A program made the position numbers and the translations under genes. 55,228 nucleotides of DNA from positions 43,207,811-43,263,038 of the forward strand of contig JBOZIK010000001.1 of NCBI GenBank assembly GCA_051453625.1. Direction: 5' to 3'. The notes under the pieces are model-generated. The model did no database searches, was not told the DNA's origin, and worked only from the letters and a program-made list of their open reading frames with translations. Of this stretch, positions 36,823 to 49,915 are shown piece after piece. Positions within the stretch are counted from its first letter, which is position 1; every line of letters begins with the position of its first letter. Source of the stretch: Welwitschia mirabilis (taxonomy: Eukaryota).

Positions 36823-37490
36823 AACTTGATGTTGCACTTTTACAAGGCCAATGTCGCACTTCAAAAATCAATGTCATAGTTTACAAATCTTGATGTCATA
36901 CTCCTAGAGCATTGACATTGTACTTCTAAGACTGATATCATACTTTAGAGGCCGATGCATTTTGAAGGCTGATGTTGCACTCAATCTTACCAAATTTAAC
37001 ATCACACTTCAAAGCCCCTCGAAGGACAATGTTGCACTTGGGTGTCTAATGTCGTACTTGGGTTTCTAACCTTATAATTGCCTCCATAGACCCATATTTT
37101 ATTATTTTTTCATAAAAAGTTTCTATTCTAATCACCTGCCTAAGGAATTTCAATGTCGCACTTGGGTGCTTGATGTCACACTTGGATATCCAACATCACA
37201 CTTACTAGTCATAGGTTTAAAATTCATTATTGCCTCTTAGAAATTACCTATTCTATTCATAGACATAAGAAACTTTAATGTTTCACTTAATGACTAAATG
37301 TTGCACTTAGGGATCTAAAATCATACTTGGATACTTGACATTGCACGCATGCCCTAGATGCAATATCACCCCTTAAAATTACTCAAAATGATCAAGAAAT
37401 ATTTCAAAATTCTTGGTGTCACACTTGGGTATTTGACATTATACTTGGATCTTCGATGCCATCCTTGGATGCCTAGTAATACATACATGC
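36823..37490. repeat. Array of ~20-21 bp units with decayed GACGTCGCACTT core
   Basis: Roughly two dozen variants such as gatgttgcactt, aatgtcgcactt, gatgtcatact, gacattgtactt, aacatcacactt, in several clusters. Confidence 0.85.
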
Positions 37491-37979
37491 CCTTTGATAG
37501 TTATTATCCATGTCAATAAGGTTATTATGGTAACTAGTAGAAAGTACTTCTCTAAGTATTTTCTTAACTACTAGTGGTAACAGATTCGTAACTACCATTA
37601 GCAATACTATAATAAGCTAGCACCACTAGAGGAGAATGGGTAGAGAACACTTATAGAATAAGGCAAAGGCATATACATTTAGGATAACATTAAATCAACT
37701 AACAAATCATGGAACACACTATAAACAAGTGAATAGATAGACTAAAAGGGTAAATTAACCATATTTGCTTTTAGAATAATCTGTTAGCCAGTAGGATTGA
37801 TAGTTTTCTCTCTTGCCTAGAAGATAGACATACAGAATACAATCCAAGGGCATCTCGAGAGCCACCTTTCACATCAAAATAATACATTCCTATAGCTAAT
37901 ATTAACCTCCAAATATTCCAATGAGGTTATTAAATATGCAAGCCAACTTTTAATATTTCTTGACAAATAGATCCAACTA

Positions 37980-40900
37980 TCCTAATATTGAACAATGTGA
38001 AGGAGAGAAAATTGCAAAGATGATATACTAAAGGACCTATGAAAACAAGGTTGATACAAGCAAGAAAGCCATATATTGGATCCTATAATTGAATAATTAT
38101 TTCAAACTTTGAAATACTCCTCCAAAAAAATGGTGCATATATTCTGCTACTTATCTTATAAGAAATACACAAGAATGATGATTTAGATTTCAACAGAAAC
38201 ACCCATAAAGGATATCATGAAATACTTTCATTGAATAATTTAAAAGAAAATTCATTCTAAAGGATTTTATTAAAGACTAAATGGTGTGGTTTCAATGCCT
38301 ATGCTTTGGCAAACATCCATTAGATGAACATTGGTCAAAGTTTGAGTGCCTCATAAAGTACCAAAAGAATTTCACAAAGAAGTAGCTAATTAATAGTTTT
38401 ATTGGGATATTATGACTCAAACTTAGAAGTGTCTTACACACTTTGGAGATTAAGTCCATAAAAGATGTTTATTGAAAAACAAGATACTATTTCAAGATTA
38501 AGAGAATAGATGAACAAAAGAATCATAGCAAGAAAATAGGCATCCTCCTTTAGCCACATCACTAGTAAGGGAGTCATACAGAACTAATCTCACTTACCAT
38601 GAGTGCTATAAGAGAGGCCATATTGCTAGGAACTATCCATTCAAAGCATGACCATCAAATATTCTTTAGTACAAACATTCTCAAGCTCTTTATAGTCACT
38701 CCATTCCATCCAAAAAAGTCTATGCTACCATTTGAATAGGTGTGATTCATAATCAACATTCCATCCTAGAATTATATGGTCATATTCCATTATTTACTAT
38801 TTCATTTCTAATTGATAGTGGTGCATCACATAATTTCATTTCACCATCTCTATTTTATAAATTAAATATCATTCATTTTAAAGAATAAGAGTTCATCATT
38901 GAAGTTGTAGGGGATAGTATTCTTATACAAAATGGAACTACTCTCTTATCACTTTTACCATTCATGATTTATACTTTAAGGATAAATTTTATGTCTTCTA
39001 AATTGGATAATACCATGTCATTCTAGGAATCCCTTTCTTAATTAGATATAATGTTTAGATTAACTTTTGTGAAAGAACCTTTTGACTATCTACTTCATTT
39101 ATGGAATGAATCTTTAAATGGGAGGGAAAGAGTAAGGAGATATTCTTAACCTCATCCAAATAGATTACAAAAGCTATAAAAAAGAAACAGATATTCATTA
39201 CCCTACTATAGATAGAAGACCATAAAGAATATCCTTTTATACTAGAAGAGCTATAATATTTTTAAAATGTATTTAAAGACTTAAAAATGATACCACCTAA
39301 GAGAATAGTACAACATGCAAGCGACTTAATTCCTAGAGTACAATCAATAGCCAAAGCACCTTATCACCTTTTCATAGTAGAACTGAGAAAACTAAAGTTA
39401 CAGATTGAGCAGTTATTATTAGAAAGAAAAATTTATCCTAGTGTATCATCATGAGGAGAACCAATGCTCTTTGTTAAAAAGAAGGATGATATCTTGCAGC
39501 TTTGCATTAACTATAGATGACTCAACAAAGTAATCATCAAGAACAGATACCTCCTACTAAGGATTAATAACCTAATGGATCAACTACAAAAAGCCAAGGA
39601 ATTTTCAGAAATCAATTTAAAATTGGACTATTATCAAATCTACATCAAGGATTAAAAAATCTACAAGACTACTTTTAGAATAAGATATAGATATTATGAG
39701 TTTGCAGTAACATCTTTTGGTTTAATAAATGACCTAGCTATCTTTATGAGTTTAATGAATAATTTTATTTGACATTACTTGGATAAATTTATGGTTATCA
39801 TTTTAGAAGATATCGTAATATATTATAATAATCAGGATGATCATGTTACACATTTGAACAAAGTTCTATAGATTTTATATAACTATAAATTCAAGGCAAA
39901 ATTAAGAAAATGTGAGTTATTTTAGTTAGAAATTAGTTATCTAAGATATATAATCTTCAGTAAAGAATTCACAATAGATCCAACTAAAATATAAGCCATA
40001 AGGAAATTACCAGAATTGAAGGATGCCAGTCAAGTATAAAGTTTCTTAGGATTGGCTAGCTTTCATTGGAAATTTATTCCAGGATATTCTCAACTCACAG
40101 CATTTGTAACAAATTTAACCAAATTAATAAATACATTCCACTTTGATGAAAATTGTAAAAAGACATTTCTTAGACTGAAGTTACTACTTATAATAGCACT
40201 AGTCCTTAAGATTGTAAAAATAAATAAACCATTTACAGTCACCATAGATGCTTTTACTCAAGGAATAGAAGCCATACTCAGCCAAGATAATCAGGTGATT
40301 GCTTATGAATCATGAAAAATTAAACCAACATAAGAAGAACTACCCATTTTATGATTTAGAACTACTAACCATAGTACATGCCTTGAAAGTTTGGAGGTAC
40401 TATCTTGTGGAAAGCAAATTCCTTCTCAAAACAAATCATAGAACTTTGGAATACTTTCAAAAACCACCCCTTCTAAACATGTAATAAATAAGATGGGGTG
40501 ACTTACTTACAAAATATGATTTTAAATTATAGTACACCCTTGGAAAAGAGAATAAAGTAGTAAATGATTGGAGCAGGATGTGGTGCATATTAGCCATCAC
40601 TATTACATCTAAGTTATCTACCTTCCTTAAAACATCCTTAATTGATGATCCATACTTCAAAGACATATATCAATATGTTTAAGAAGGAAAATAATTAGAT
40701 ACATATATAATCTCATGGGATGGATACCTACTGAAAGGAATATTCCTGTACATTCCACAAGATCCATGGAGAAGGAAGTTAATATCTAAACTATATGAAG
40801 TTTCATTTATAGGATACCTAGATTTATCAAAAATTACCATCAATTATAGAAATACTACTTTTGGCCTAGAATGAAGGTAGAATTAAAGGAATATATTTGT

Positions 40901-42052
40901 AACTATCCTATGTATTAGCAAGAGAAAATTAGCCAAGAAAGATTCATTAGACTCCTTTAGCCATTGAGAGTACCATAATGAAAATGGGAAGAAATATCTA
41001 GGGATTTCATCACTGAGTTACCCCTCACTAATGAATAACATGATGTAATTTTTATTTGTGTAGACAGATTAATTAAGATGACGTACTTCATTGTAGTTCA
41101 AAGTACCAATACAACAGAATAATTAGCTCTTTGTTTTGTACAAGAAGTTTTTAGACTACATGATACACTTCAGATCATAGTATCCGATTGAGATCTAAAA
41201 TTCTTATATAAATTCTAGCAAAGATTCTTTCATCACTTAGGTACTAAGATTAGTTTTAGCACTGCTTATCACCTAGAAATAGATGGTCAAATTGAAAGAA
41301 TAAATTGCATATTAGAAGATACCTTATGATGTTATGTAGTAGGTAAACCCAAAAAATGGGAGAAGTACTTGCATCTGGAAGAATTTGCTTATAATCAAAT
41401 ATTTTAGACATTCATTCATTATTCACCATTAAGGCAATGTATGGCAGAAACTATTCTACATCTGTTACATGATCAGATCCTTCTTAAAGATCAGAAAAGA
41501 CATCATCTTAGAACTAAAAATCATGGAGGAAGTAATTAATAAAATAAAACTACAATTACAGGTAGCACAAAATTGGTATAAAAAGTACTACAATTAGAAG
41601 AATCAATCCCATATATTTCAGATAGGTGAACAAGTATTGTTAAGAATTAAACTAGAAAGAAATTCCTTAAAAATGGGAAACTACAACAAACTAATATCAT
41701 GATTTTTTATACCATTCAAGATCATTGAGAAGATTGGGGATCTAGCATGCAAATTAGAGATTCCTCCTTAAATGTCCCAAATACATTCAATTTTTCATGT
41801 GAGCACTATAAAACCTTTTCATGAAGATAAAAACCGAGATTACAACTTGAGCTGATAACATATCATGTTTAAACCCAATTTAACTTTCATGGTTCAACTA
41901 GAAAAATTCCTAAGTACTAGATCTAGGAAATTAAGAAACAAAAGGATAAATGAAGTAATTATCTAATGGATCCATTGTAATCAACAAATATGGGAAAATA
42001 GGGAGTACATGCAGGAAACCTTCCCCAGACTTTTTAATAATAACAAAGTTTG
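37980..42052 (+). pseudogene. Chromovirus (Tekay-like) gag-pol pseudogene
   Basis: gag core (~38030-38460), Zn knuckle YHECYKRGHIARNYP (~38595), protease FLIDSGASHNFI (~38805), RT MLFVKKKD..LCINYR*LNK / ILEDIVIY, RNase H IDAFTQGIEAILSQ...YDLELLTIVHALKVWRYYL, integrase KWEEISRDFITELP, chromodomain-like RKLRNK..W...WENREYMQETFP. Confidence 0.93.
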
Positions 42053-42235
42053 ATATACCATTTTATATTTTATTATATATTATATTTGTATCTGTAATTA
42101 AGATAATATCTCTTCTTTTCCAATATGTCTTAAAGATCCTATAAAAAATAATTTAGAGGAGCATGGAATTAGAAACAATATAGGACAAGGAGAGGCTGTA
42201 CTTGAGGATGAGTATAATTCCTAAGAGGGATGGAA

Positions 42236-42653
42236 TGTAACATTCCAAAATCACTAATTATTTAATGATGCATATTAAGCGCTAATGAAGCATGATTAAC
42301 ATGATAGATGTATGGGCATGACCCAAATATGTAAAAGATGTATCTCTTCATTATGTAATATAAGTCTATGGTGTTAGGTAGGCATGGATAGACTAGGTGG
42401 ATGTAACCAACAACAATCTTGGCTAATCCGCAAGGGTTCTAGGAGGGGGATTAAGGTTATAGTCCATGTATTTACTAATAAGTAGTAGCCCAAGGGGTGT
42501 TTGCTAATGATGTAAAATGTAATCTGCTACTATCAATAAATAAAACCTATTTCTCTCTAAATTGTCCCTTGTTATTTCTTTAAATCCTAGCACATATCTT
42601 AAAATGTTTCTTTTAAGTAAAATGATCTTGAAATAGTAAAATGGGACATTAAA
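42236..42653 (+). repeat. Chromovirus 3' LTR (L2)
   Basis: Starts TGTAAC after PPT aagagggatggaa (42223-42235). Colinear with L1 and L3. Confidence 0.88.
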
Positions 42654-43816
42654 ACATCACATTTTTATACTAAATTATACATCTTAAGTTTTGGACTATA
42701 AAATATTGGGCTTTACATTTTGGTATTGAGCATAATTTTTTTTAAACATGATAAATTTTTAATTAATGTATAGTCTTATTTTTAAATTTTGAGGATATGA
42801 CATTTTGATAGTTGAGTAAGATTCATATTTTTTTTGGTTAAAGTTAGAATGTTATACTTTACTTTAAATAAAAGATCATAATACATTAACAGCTGATGAA
42901 TTGATTACTTATATAAGAATATTAGAAGATTTAGAAAACAAAGTATTTCTACATGATCAGATCTATCTCACAAATTTTCAAAGAGAAAGAGGAAGAAGTG
43001 GTAGGTTTGATAGAGAAAGAGGAAGGAAAGTTATCAAAATTAAGGAGGAAATAATTAGAGTTCAAATTTTTCTCAAAATCAAGAAAGATAATAAAACTTT
43101 AAAGATTTTTAGATAGGAAGTGGATCACTCCAAATAAGTGGAATGTTTAATGATCAAAGAGAAAGAGGTAATTATTTTTAAAATAGGTACCAAAGAAAAT
43201 ACTCTAAAGAAGGCATAAAGAAAGATTTATTTTGCTACACAAATTGTAAAAAACTAGGTCATACTAAAGATAAATGTTAGTGGAAAGTAGTGTTTTCACC
43301 GTTTCCAATGATCATGCTTCATTAAAAACTATTAAATAATGTGGACCATCTACTTCTTAGCCAATAATTAACAAAGAGAAGTAAGTTGAAGGATATCTAG
43401 TAAAATATTCAGCCTTATTTTCTATAAAAAGTATTAATTCTTCCAAATGGATGATGAATAGTGGTTATTTAAATCATATGACTTCAAATAAAAATTTATT
43501 TTTCAAATACAATCCTATAAATTTGGGATTTATCAAAGTTGGTGATGCTACTTCTATGAAAGAAGAAGGTATTAGAGATGTTAAAAATAAATTTTTAAGA
43601 TGGAAGATGGATTAATGTTATTGATGTTTTTTATTTGCCTAAGATTTCTAACTCATTACTTTTAGGTGGACAGATGGTTCAAAGAGGAAATAAAACTATA
43701 TTTAACAAGGATGATTGTATCATAAAGGATGATATAATCTTTTCTACTACTCTTTAAAGAATGTTAAATCAAATCTATGCATGATTATCATAGGACATGG
43801 CACATTGAGTAAATAT
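42654..43816 (+). mobile_element. LTR end + Met-type PBS followed by Ty1/copia gag-protease fragment
   Basis: ggctttaca (ends 42717) then tggtattgagc (42721-42731). Copia motifs: KDHNTLTADELITYIRILE, knuckle YTNCKKLGHTKDKC*WK, protease MNSGYLNHMTSNKNLF, IKVGDA, DVFYLPKISNSLLLGGQMVQRG. Confidence 0.8.
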
Positions 43817-43916
43817 NNNNNNNNNNNNNNNNNNNNNNNNNNNNNNNNNNNNNNNNNNNNNNNNNNNNNNNNNNNNNNNNNNNNNNNNNNNNNNNNNNNN
43901 NNNNNNNNNNNNNNNN

Positions 43917-44960
43917 TTTAATCACTGGTTTAGCCCTCATTGAAAAACTACATGATGAAATTTTTGTTTGTGTAGATAAGTTAATCAATATGGCCCATTT
44001 TATTGTAGTACGAAGAAATAATATAGTAGAATAACTAGTTCTTTGTTTTGTATAGGAAGTTTTTAGATTACATGGTGCACCATGGGCCATAGTATCTAAT
44101 TGAGATCTGAAGTTATTATATAAATTTTAATAAAGTTATTCTACCATTTAGTAATTAAACTTAGCTTCAGTACCACATATTACCTAGAGATAGATGGACA
44201 AATAGAAAGAGTAAATCATATACTAGAAGGTACTCTAAGGTGTTATGTGGCAAGAAGGCCTAAACAATGGGAGAACTACCTACATCTAGTAGAGTTTGCT
44301 TATAACTAATAATTTCAGAGTTCCATCCATTTTTTACCATTCAAAGCAATGTATGACAAGAATTGTTCTACCCATATCACATGGTCAGATCCTTCATAGA
44401 AATTAAAAAAAATAGTGCCTTCAAAATTAAATATAATGAAATAGGTGATTAGTAAAATAAAAAGATAACTATAGGTAGTACAAGATTGGTATAAAAAATA
44501 TTATGATCAAAAGCATTAGACCGGCATACTCCAAATAGGTGAACAAGTACTATTAAGAATAAAGTGAGAAAAAAACTCCTTGAAAATGAAAAAATACAGC
44601 AAATTAGCATCACAATTCTATAGTCCATTCAAGATTATTGAAAGAGTAGGAAATCTAGCATCCAAACTAGAGCTTCCTCCACAAATTTTCCTAATACATC
44701 TATTTTTTCATGTGAGCACAATGAAACTATACCATGAAGATAGAAACCATAACTGAACCTTAAATTGGCAACATATCATGTTCAAACCCAACTTAACTTT
44801 CACTATTCAATCAAGAAAAGTCCTAAGTACCAAATTTAGAAAACTAAGAAATAAGAATATAAAGGAAGCACTTATTCCATGGACCCACTATAATCAACAA
44901 ACATGGGAAAATAGAGAGTACATGCAAAAAACTTTTCCTACACTTTTTAATAAAGCTTGA
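43917..44960 (+). pseudogene. Second chromovirus integrase-chromodomain remnant
   Basis: Colinear paralog of ~41010-42050. Includes the ORF 44778-44960 (MFKPNLTFTIQSRKVLSTKFRKLRNK...WENREYMQKTFPTLF). Confidence 0.9.
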
Positions 44961-45135
44961 TATACAATTTTGTTTTACATTATCAATGTATCTATTAAAT
45001 GAATGATATATCCTCTTTTTTGTTATGTTTTGTAGACCATATAGAAAATAACTTGGAGAAGTGTGACTTCAGAAATGATGTAAGTCAAGGAGAGTCCATA
45101 CTCAAGGATGAGCATAATTCCCAAGGGGGATGAAA

Positions 45136-45552
45136 TGTAATGTTCTAAATTCCTCAATTATATAATTAATTATGTTAAGTTTTAATTAATCATAGTTAAT
45201 AGAGATGTGAATGGGTGTAATCCAAATATGAAAATATGTATTCCTTCATTATATAATATAAGTCTATGGCATTAGGTAGATGTGGATAGATTGAGTGGAT
45301 ATAACCAATGAGAACCTTGGCTAATCCCTAAGTGTCTCAGGAGGAGGACAAGGATCATAGTCCACATCTTTACCTATAATCCCTAGTTCAAGGTAGTTTG
45401 CTAATGATCAGAAATGTAATCTGCTACTATCAATCATAAAAAGCCTTATTCTCTTTAAGTTGTTTCTTTTTGTTCTTATGGATCTTGGCATATTATTTTT
45501 AATGTTTTGTTTTATTCAAAGTAATCTAGAAATAGTAAAATGAGATGTTACA
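45136..45552 (+). repeat. Chromovirus 3' LTR (L3)
   Basis: TGTAATG...GTTACA termini after PPT aagggggatgaaa (45123-45135). Confidence 0.9.
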
Positions 45553-46793
45553 GATTAATTTTAGTTAAAAATGATCATATACCTTTTATGTTCTATTAAT
45601 TAGTTTTCATATGATTTTCTTCTTATTTTTATAAAGAAGTACAATGTAATAACTACATTGGAATATCTAGATTTTTGACATAGGAATAAATGCAAATAAA
45701 ATAAACTACATTCTACTTATAGTAATTGGTTTAGTGGAATCTTTTTTCTTGAAGATATTTCCACTACTTATCCTTAGGTAAATGTAATTATTAAAATTTT
45801 TGCTAGTATGTTTAATCATTTTAGGATTTTGCAAATTATGGATGATCAATTAGATTTTAGCTAATTCAAAAGCATTCAAATCCCTATGTACTCATTCTAG
45901 GAGAGGAAAATGTGCTTAATTAAGTTATTCATATTATATGATTGTAATACTCATATTTCTAAATTTAAAATTTATGAATATTAATTATTTATCAAAGAGT
46001 TAAGTCCTCATTCTTCCCCTCTATCATCTGCATTAATTATAAATTAACCATGTTTTTAATAGAAAATTTATCCTATGATATTCATCTCAAGCAATGATAA
46101 ATTCCTTAAATAATAACTCTCTTTAATGTGGCCCTCTCCTTTATGATACCTTAATTATTTCCTTTTTTTATGAAAAAATTAACTTATTATAAAAGATAGT
46201 ATATTAATGATTGTCTAACAAATTTTTGGAAATATAATAATTCTATAATATCATGATTTATTATATCAAGTTATATATGAAAATTTATTTACAAGAAAAA
46301 TGAAAATGGGAATAAAAAGGTTTTTAACAAGGAATTCAATCACATCTATTATTACATGTTCAAGGATATGATTAAAATTGTACATTATTCAATTTTAAAA
46401 AGCATTCTTAAGACCATAATTAGTAAAATTTTAAAGATTCATTAAAATCTATAGATTTCATTTTAGGGTAATTTCTCAAGAAAGTTTGCAAGAGATGCAT
46501 AATCAAAGTTTATATTTCATTAAAATAATATATTAATAAAAATGTACATAATCCAATGTTTAATAAATTTTAAAGGTAATTATGATATAGAGGAATTCAA
46601 GATTTTCAATAGGTATACAAGTCTCACTCCAAAACAATTTCTTAACATAAATTGAAAAACATAATCTCCATTTTTCTTTTCCCTTCTTGGCAATGAAGCT
46701 CTAGTTTTATCACTTGTTTATATAAGAATTATGGAGTAAGAACCATGAAAATTTCATAGCTCCTAGTATGATCTAGACAAGGCAAGTTTAAGG

Positions 46794-47664
46794 TACTAAG
46801 CCTTAATATTTTAATAAGGCAATAATTGAGAAATAACGATCATGTCAAGGATTTTAAGAGGAAAATCTTATGGATCTGATATGAGAAAATAACCAGTTTT
46901 TTAAACATTTTTCATCATTATATTTTTCAATTTCCTCCATTATCACATTCGACAATCTATGGGATCCACTGTCTCTCTCCGTGATTATGTATTTCTCATA
47001 ATATATTCTCTTACTCCACTACCTCGTTTAGTGATCAATGAATTTTCACTTTCCACCCCCTCATTGAATGATCTATGGAAAACTCATTCCATGATATTTT
47101 AAGAATCCAAGGTATCAAAGAAGCATAAGCAAGATGTATTGTTAAATAAAGATCCTTAACAAGAATAGAAACTCATGAATATTTCCATGAAAAGGTAGTA
47201 AAAACTAGGATTTAGAAACAAGGATGCATTTGTTTGAGTACCAATAATATGCACATGTAACCTATTTTCAACTTTTGCAAGAAAATGTGTAAAACATGAA
47301 TTCATGTAAGAAAAGGACCAAATAAGAATGTAAGATTAAATGTAAATCATACCTATATTTAAATAAATATTAAAAAATTTCTAAAGATTTACAAGTCTCA
47401 AGTGTTTAAATGCTTATTCAATCTCTAACGATTGATTTAAAATGACTTTAGAAACATNNNNNNNNNNAAGGGTCGTATTTATAATTGAGGCTTGATGAAA
47501 TGTGAAGGATCACAAGAATATGAAGACAAAATTCATAAAGGAGGGTGGTTAAGATGTTGGAGATTACATAACATCTCATCATTACTTGCCTAGCCATTAG
47601 GTGCTTAATATATCAAATAATATCATTTTTCATTAAAATAAAGAGTTAAAAGAACCATCACATA

Positions 47665-47704
<40 letters not shown>

Positions 47705-48560
47705 ATGGTGCAATAATATCATAATTAAAAATAATATTAATGCAATCCATTAATTTACCCACTTTGCCAGTTAAGATCATAATTACTAAGGATTACAATA
47801 ATAAAATAATATAATAGCTAATACAATATGAATAACTTTTAAGCACAAAAACTTTTAGAATATAAATACAATAAGTACATTAGCTTATAGACTCTATAAT
47901 AACAAAACTACTTTAATTTGGTTTTTAAGCAAATCTTTAAACCTTAAAATTTTGGACATGAATTTCTCCATCCCTTAAAAAGTTTTGTCCTTGAAACTTA
48001 AATAAGAAAGATTAATTCTTTACTATAATACATTTATTTTATATTTTTAAGTAATGTATATTCTATCTCTACTAATTGTTATATAAAATTTAAATTTATC
48101 TTCCTTTAATTTCATACATAAATTATTGAATAAGTTGAAATGTTATCCACATGCTTGCTAATAAAGATCATGATAACATTAATAAGGTCTTGTGTCTAGA
48201 ATAATCAAACCTTCAAGAATTCTCTTCGTCCTCTATCCTTAACTTTATTGCATGACGTAAGCTCTGAAAGTTGTACTTGAGTATATCAATTTACAAGACT
48301 CTTTTATTATAAATAAACTTTTAATATTTTTCATTTCCTAAGGTTATAATTCTTAGTTGATTATGAAAAACATTATGAACTAGCATATCTTCATGAGAGG
48401 TTGGATAAAGATCACATAATTGATTTTGCAACGAATTTCTAAGAACATACTTGAATATACTTGTAGATGGTTGAAACCCCTTCTATTTCATAAGCCAAGA
48501 TATCTCAATGATCTTCTTGCTTCATTTGAAATCGAAATAGATTTGTCCTAATAAATCCAA
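46794..48560 (-). mobile_element. Deleted Tekay-like remnant J: integrase C-terminal relic, PPT and long 3' LTR (left boundary uncertain)
   Basis: Minus strand tttcaaggacaaaactttttaagggatggagaa (47964-47996) is the typical Tekay pre-LTR/PPT signature. Also VHNVFHNQLR (~48350-48380) and TATA-like tataaatacg (~47474-47484). Confidence 0.6.
47673..47702. repeat. (TA)15 microsatellite
   Basis: Direct inspection. Confidence 0.95.
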
Positions 48561-49654
48561 AATTGTAAAATCAAATATTGCAATATAATAATCTCTCATT
48601 CTAGATCGTGATAATCACCTTTAAAGATATTATGTAGAAATTTATTTAAGCCTAAGCTTATAATTATAGATATCTTCCACTCTAAACTTCTTTGTTGTAT
48701 GCGTCTTTCAATGCATTTTCAACACTTTTGTTTGTATAATCTAGTTGAATTTCCACTTAAAGGTTAATATGTATAATATAGCATCTTAGAGCCTGATAAG
48801 TCAAGGATAAAATGTGTGAAATAAATCTAAAGTTATGTAAGCATAAACTAAATAAATATCCAATAGCTTTTAGATTAATTAAGAGTGAGAAAAGTCTAGC
48901 CTTATAAGGTTGAAAGCATACTATAAGTAAACAAGATTACAAAATTTAACTATATAATAATAAGATTAGATAATTAAGACTTATCATATATCTAGGGATT
49001 AAAAGATGTAGGTTAATGGTAACTATAAAAAAATACTTAATTAATAGAAATAATTAGTTAGGAATATGAAAAACATTTAAGATAAAGGGTCATCTAAAGA
49101 TTTACTATTAATGGTACATAGGTTGTTAAGATTAGCCAAAAAATTAAAAATCCTAATAAAATGAACTTATATTCACTTAGTGTTTAACCCACATATCATC
49201 ATATAGAAAGACGAGATGTTAAAGATTGTAGAAAGCTTTATTAAGTGTCTATACATTTTTTAAAGAAATTAAAAATATTTTACCTTCTCATTGACAAGAA
49301 TTTAGAATTTTAGGTTATGTTAAGATCTTAAAATAGAAGGTTGTATAGTCCCTTAATGCATTCTCAAATACATGGTAGAAAGATGAGGGTAAGTTTTAAA
49401 GTATAAAAGTAAAAATATAATTTTAACAAATTAGAAAATATTATCCAACTTACAAGTATAGTAAAAATAAAAGATACTGAAGATCTCTAATGGAATTCAA
49501 ACACATATAGTAGAACATAGATGAGAAGAGGTACTGAAGATCATATATTTATGCAAAATAAAAGCTTAAACTCATAAATGAATTAAAGAGCACAAGCATA
49601 AGAAAATTTTATTATCATACTTGAAAGTTAAAAGTTACTAGAAGATATAACTAG

Positions 49655-49915
49655 TCTTGCTATGAAGAGTTATAAATGTAGAGCCACATCTGAGCTAAGC
49701 AGAAGTTTTCTCTCGTTGCGTGAAGTAAGACCAAGCTCATAAGCTTATTATCCTAGGTCAGAACAAGTTGATAGGGCTGGCTGTTCGCTTCGGTCACTCG
49801 TATAGGCAATGGAGTTGGTTCACTAAGCCCACTCGCACATACTGAGAAGGGGAAAGCTACATCGCTACATAGGGTATATAGGTCTTAGAACAGATTTGGA
49901 ACACTAGAATAAAGC
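49655..49915. other. Short CpG-retaining, balanced-GC insert, possibly organelle-derived (NUMT-like)
   Basis: About 7 CpGs in ~200 nt against near absence in the flanks. Contains ctgttcgcttcggtcactcg, reminiscent of plant mitochondrial intergenic hairpin sequence. Confidence 0.45.

Larger units (their letters stand above)
32266..45552 (+). mobile_element. Tekay-like chromovirus complex with three related LTRs and nested inserts
   Basis: LTRs at 32266-32682, 42236-42653 and 45136-45552, a Met-type PBS, two PPTs and two integrase-chromodomain regions. Possible decayed TSD aattg/gatta around the outer pair. Confidence 0.75.

Noticed and set aside
36823-37490. Repeat-spacer-like periodicity suggesting CRISPR
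   Set aside because: Units are short, degenerate and lack unique spacers; the context is eukaryotic and there are no cas genes.
46180-46640. PPR-like fragments on the plus strand (QIFGNI*FYNIMI, NNILIKMY)
   Set aside because: Too short and composition-driven to distinguish from chance in AT-rich DNA.
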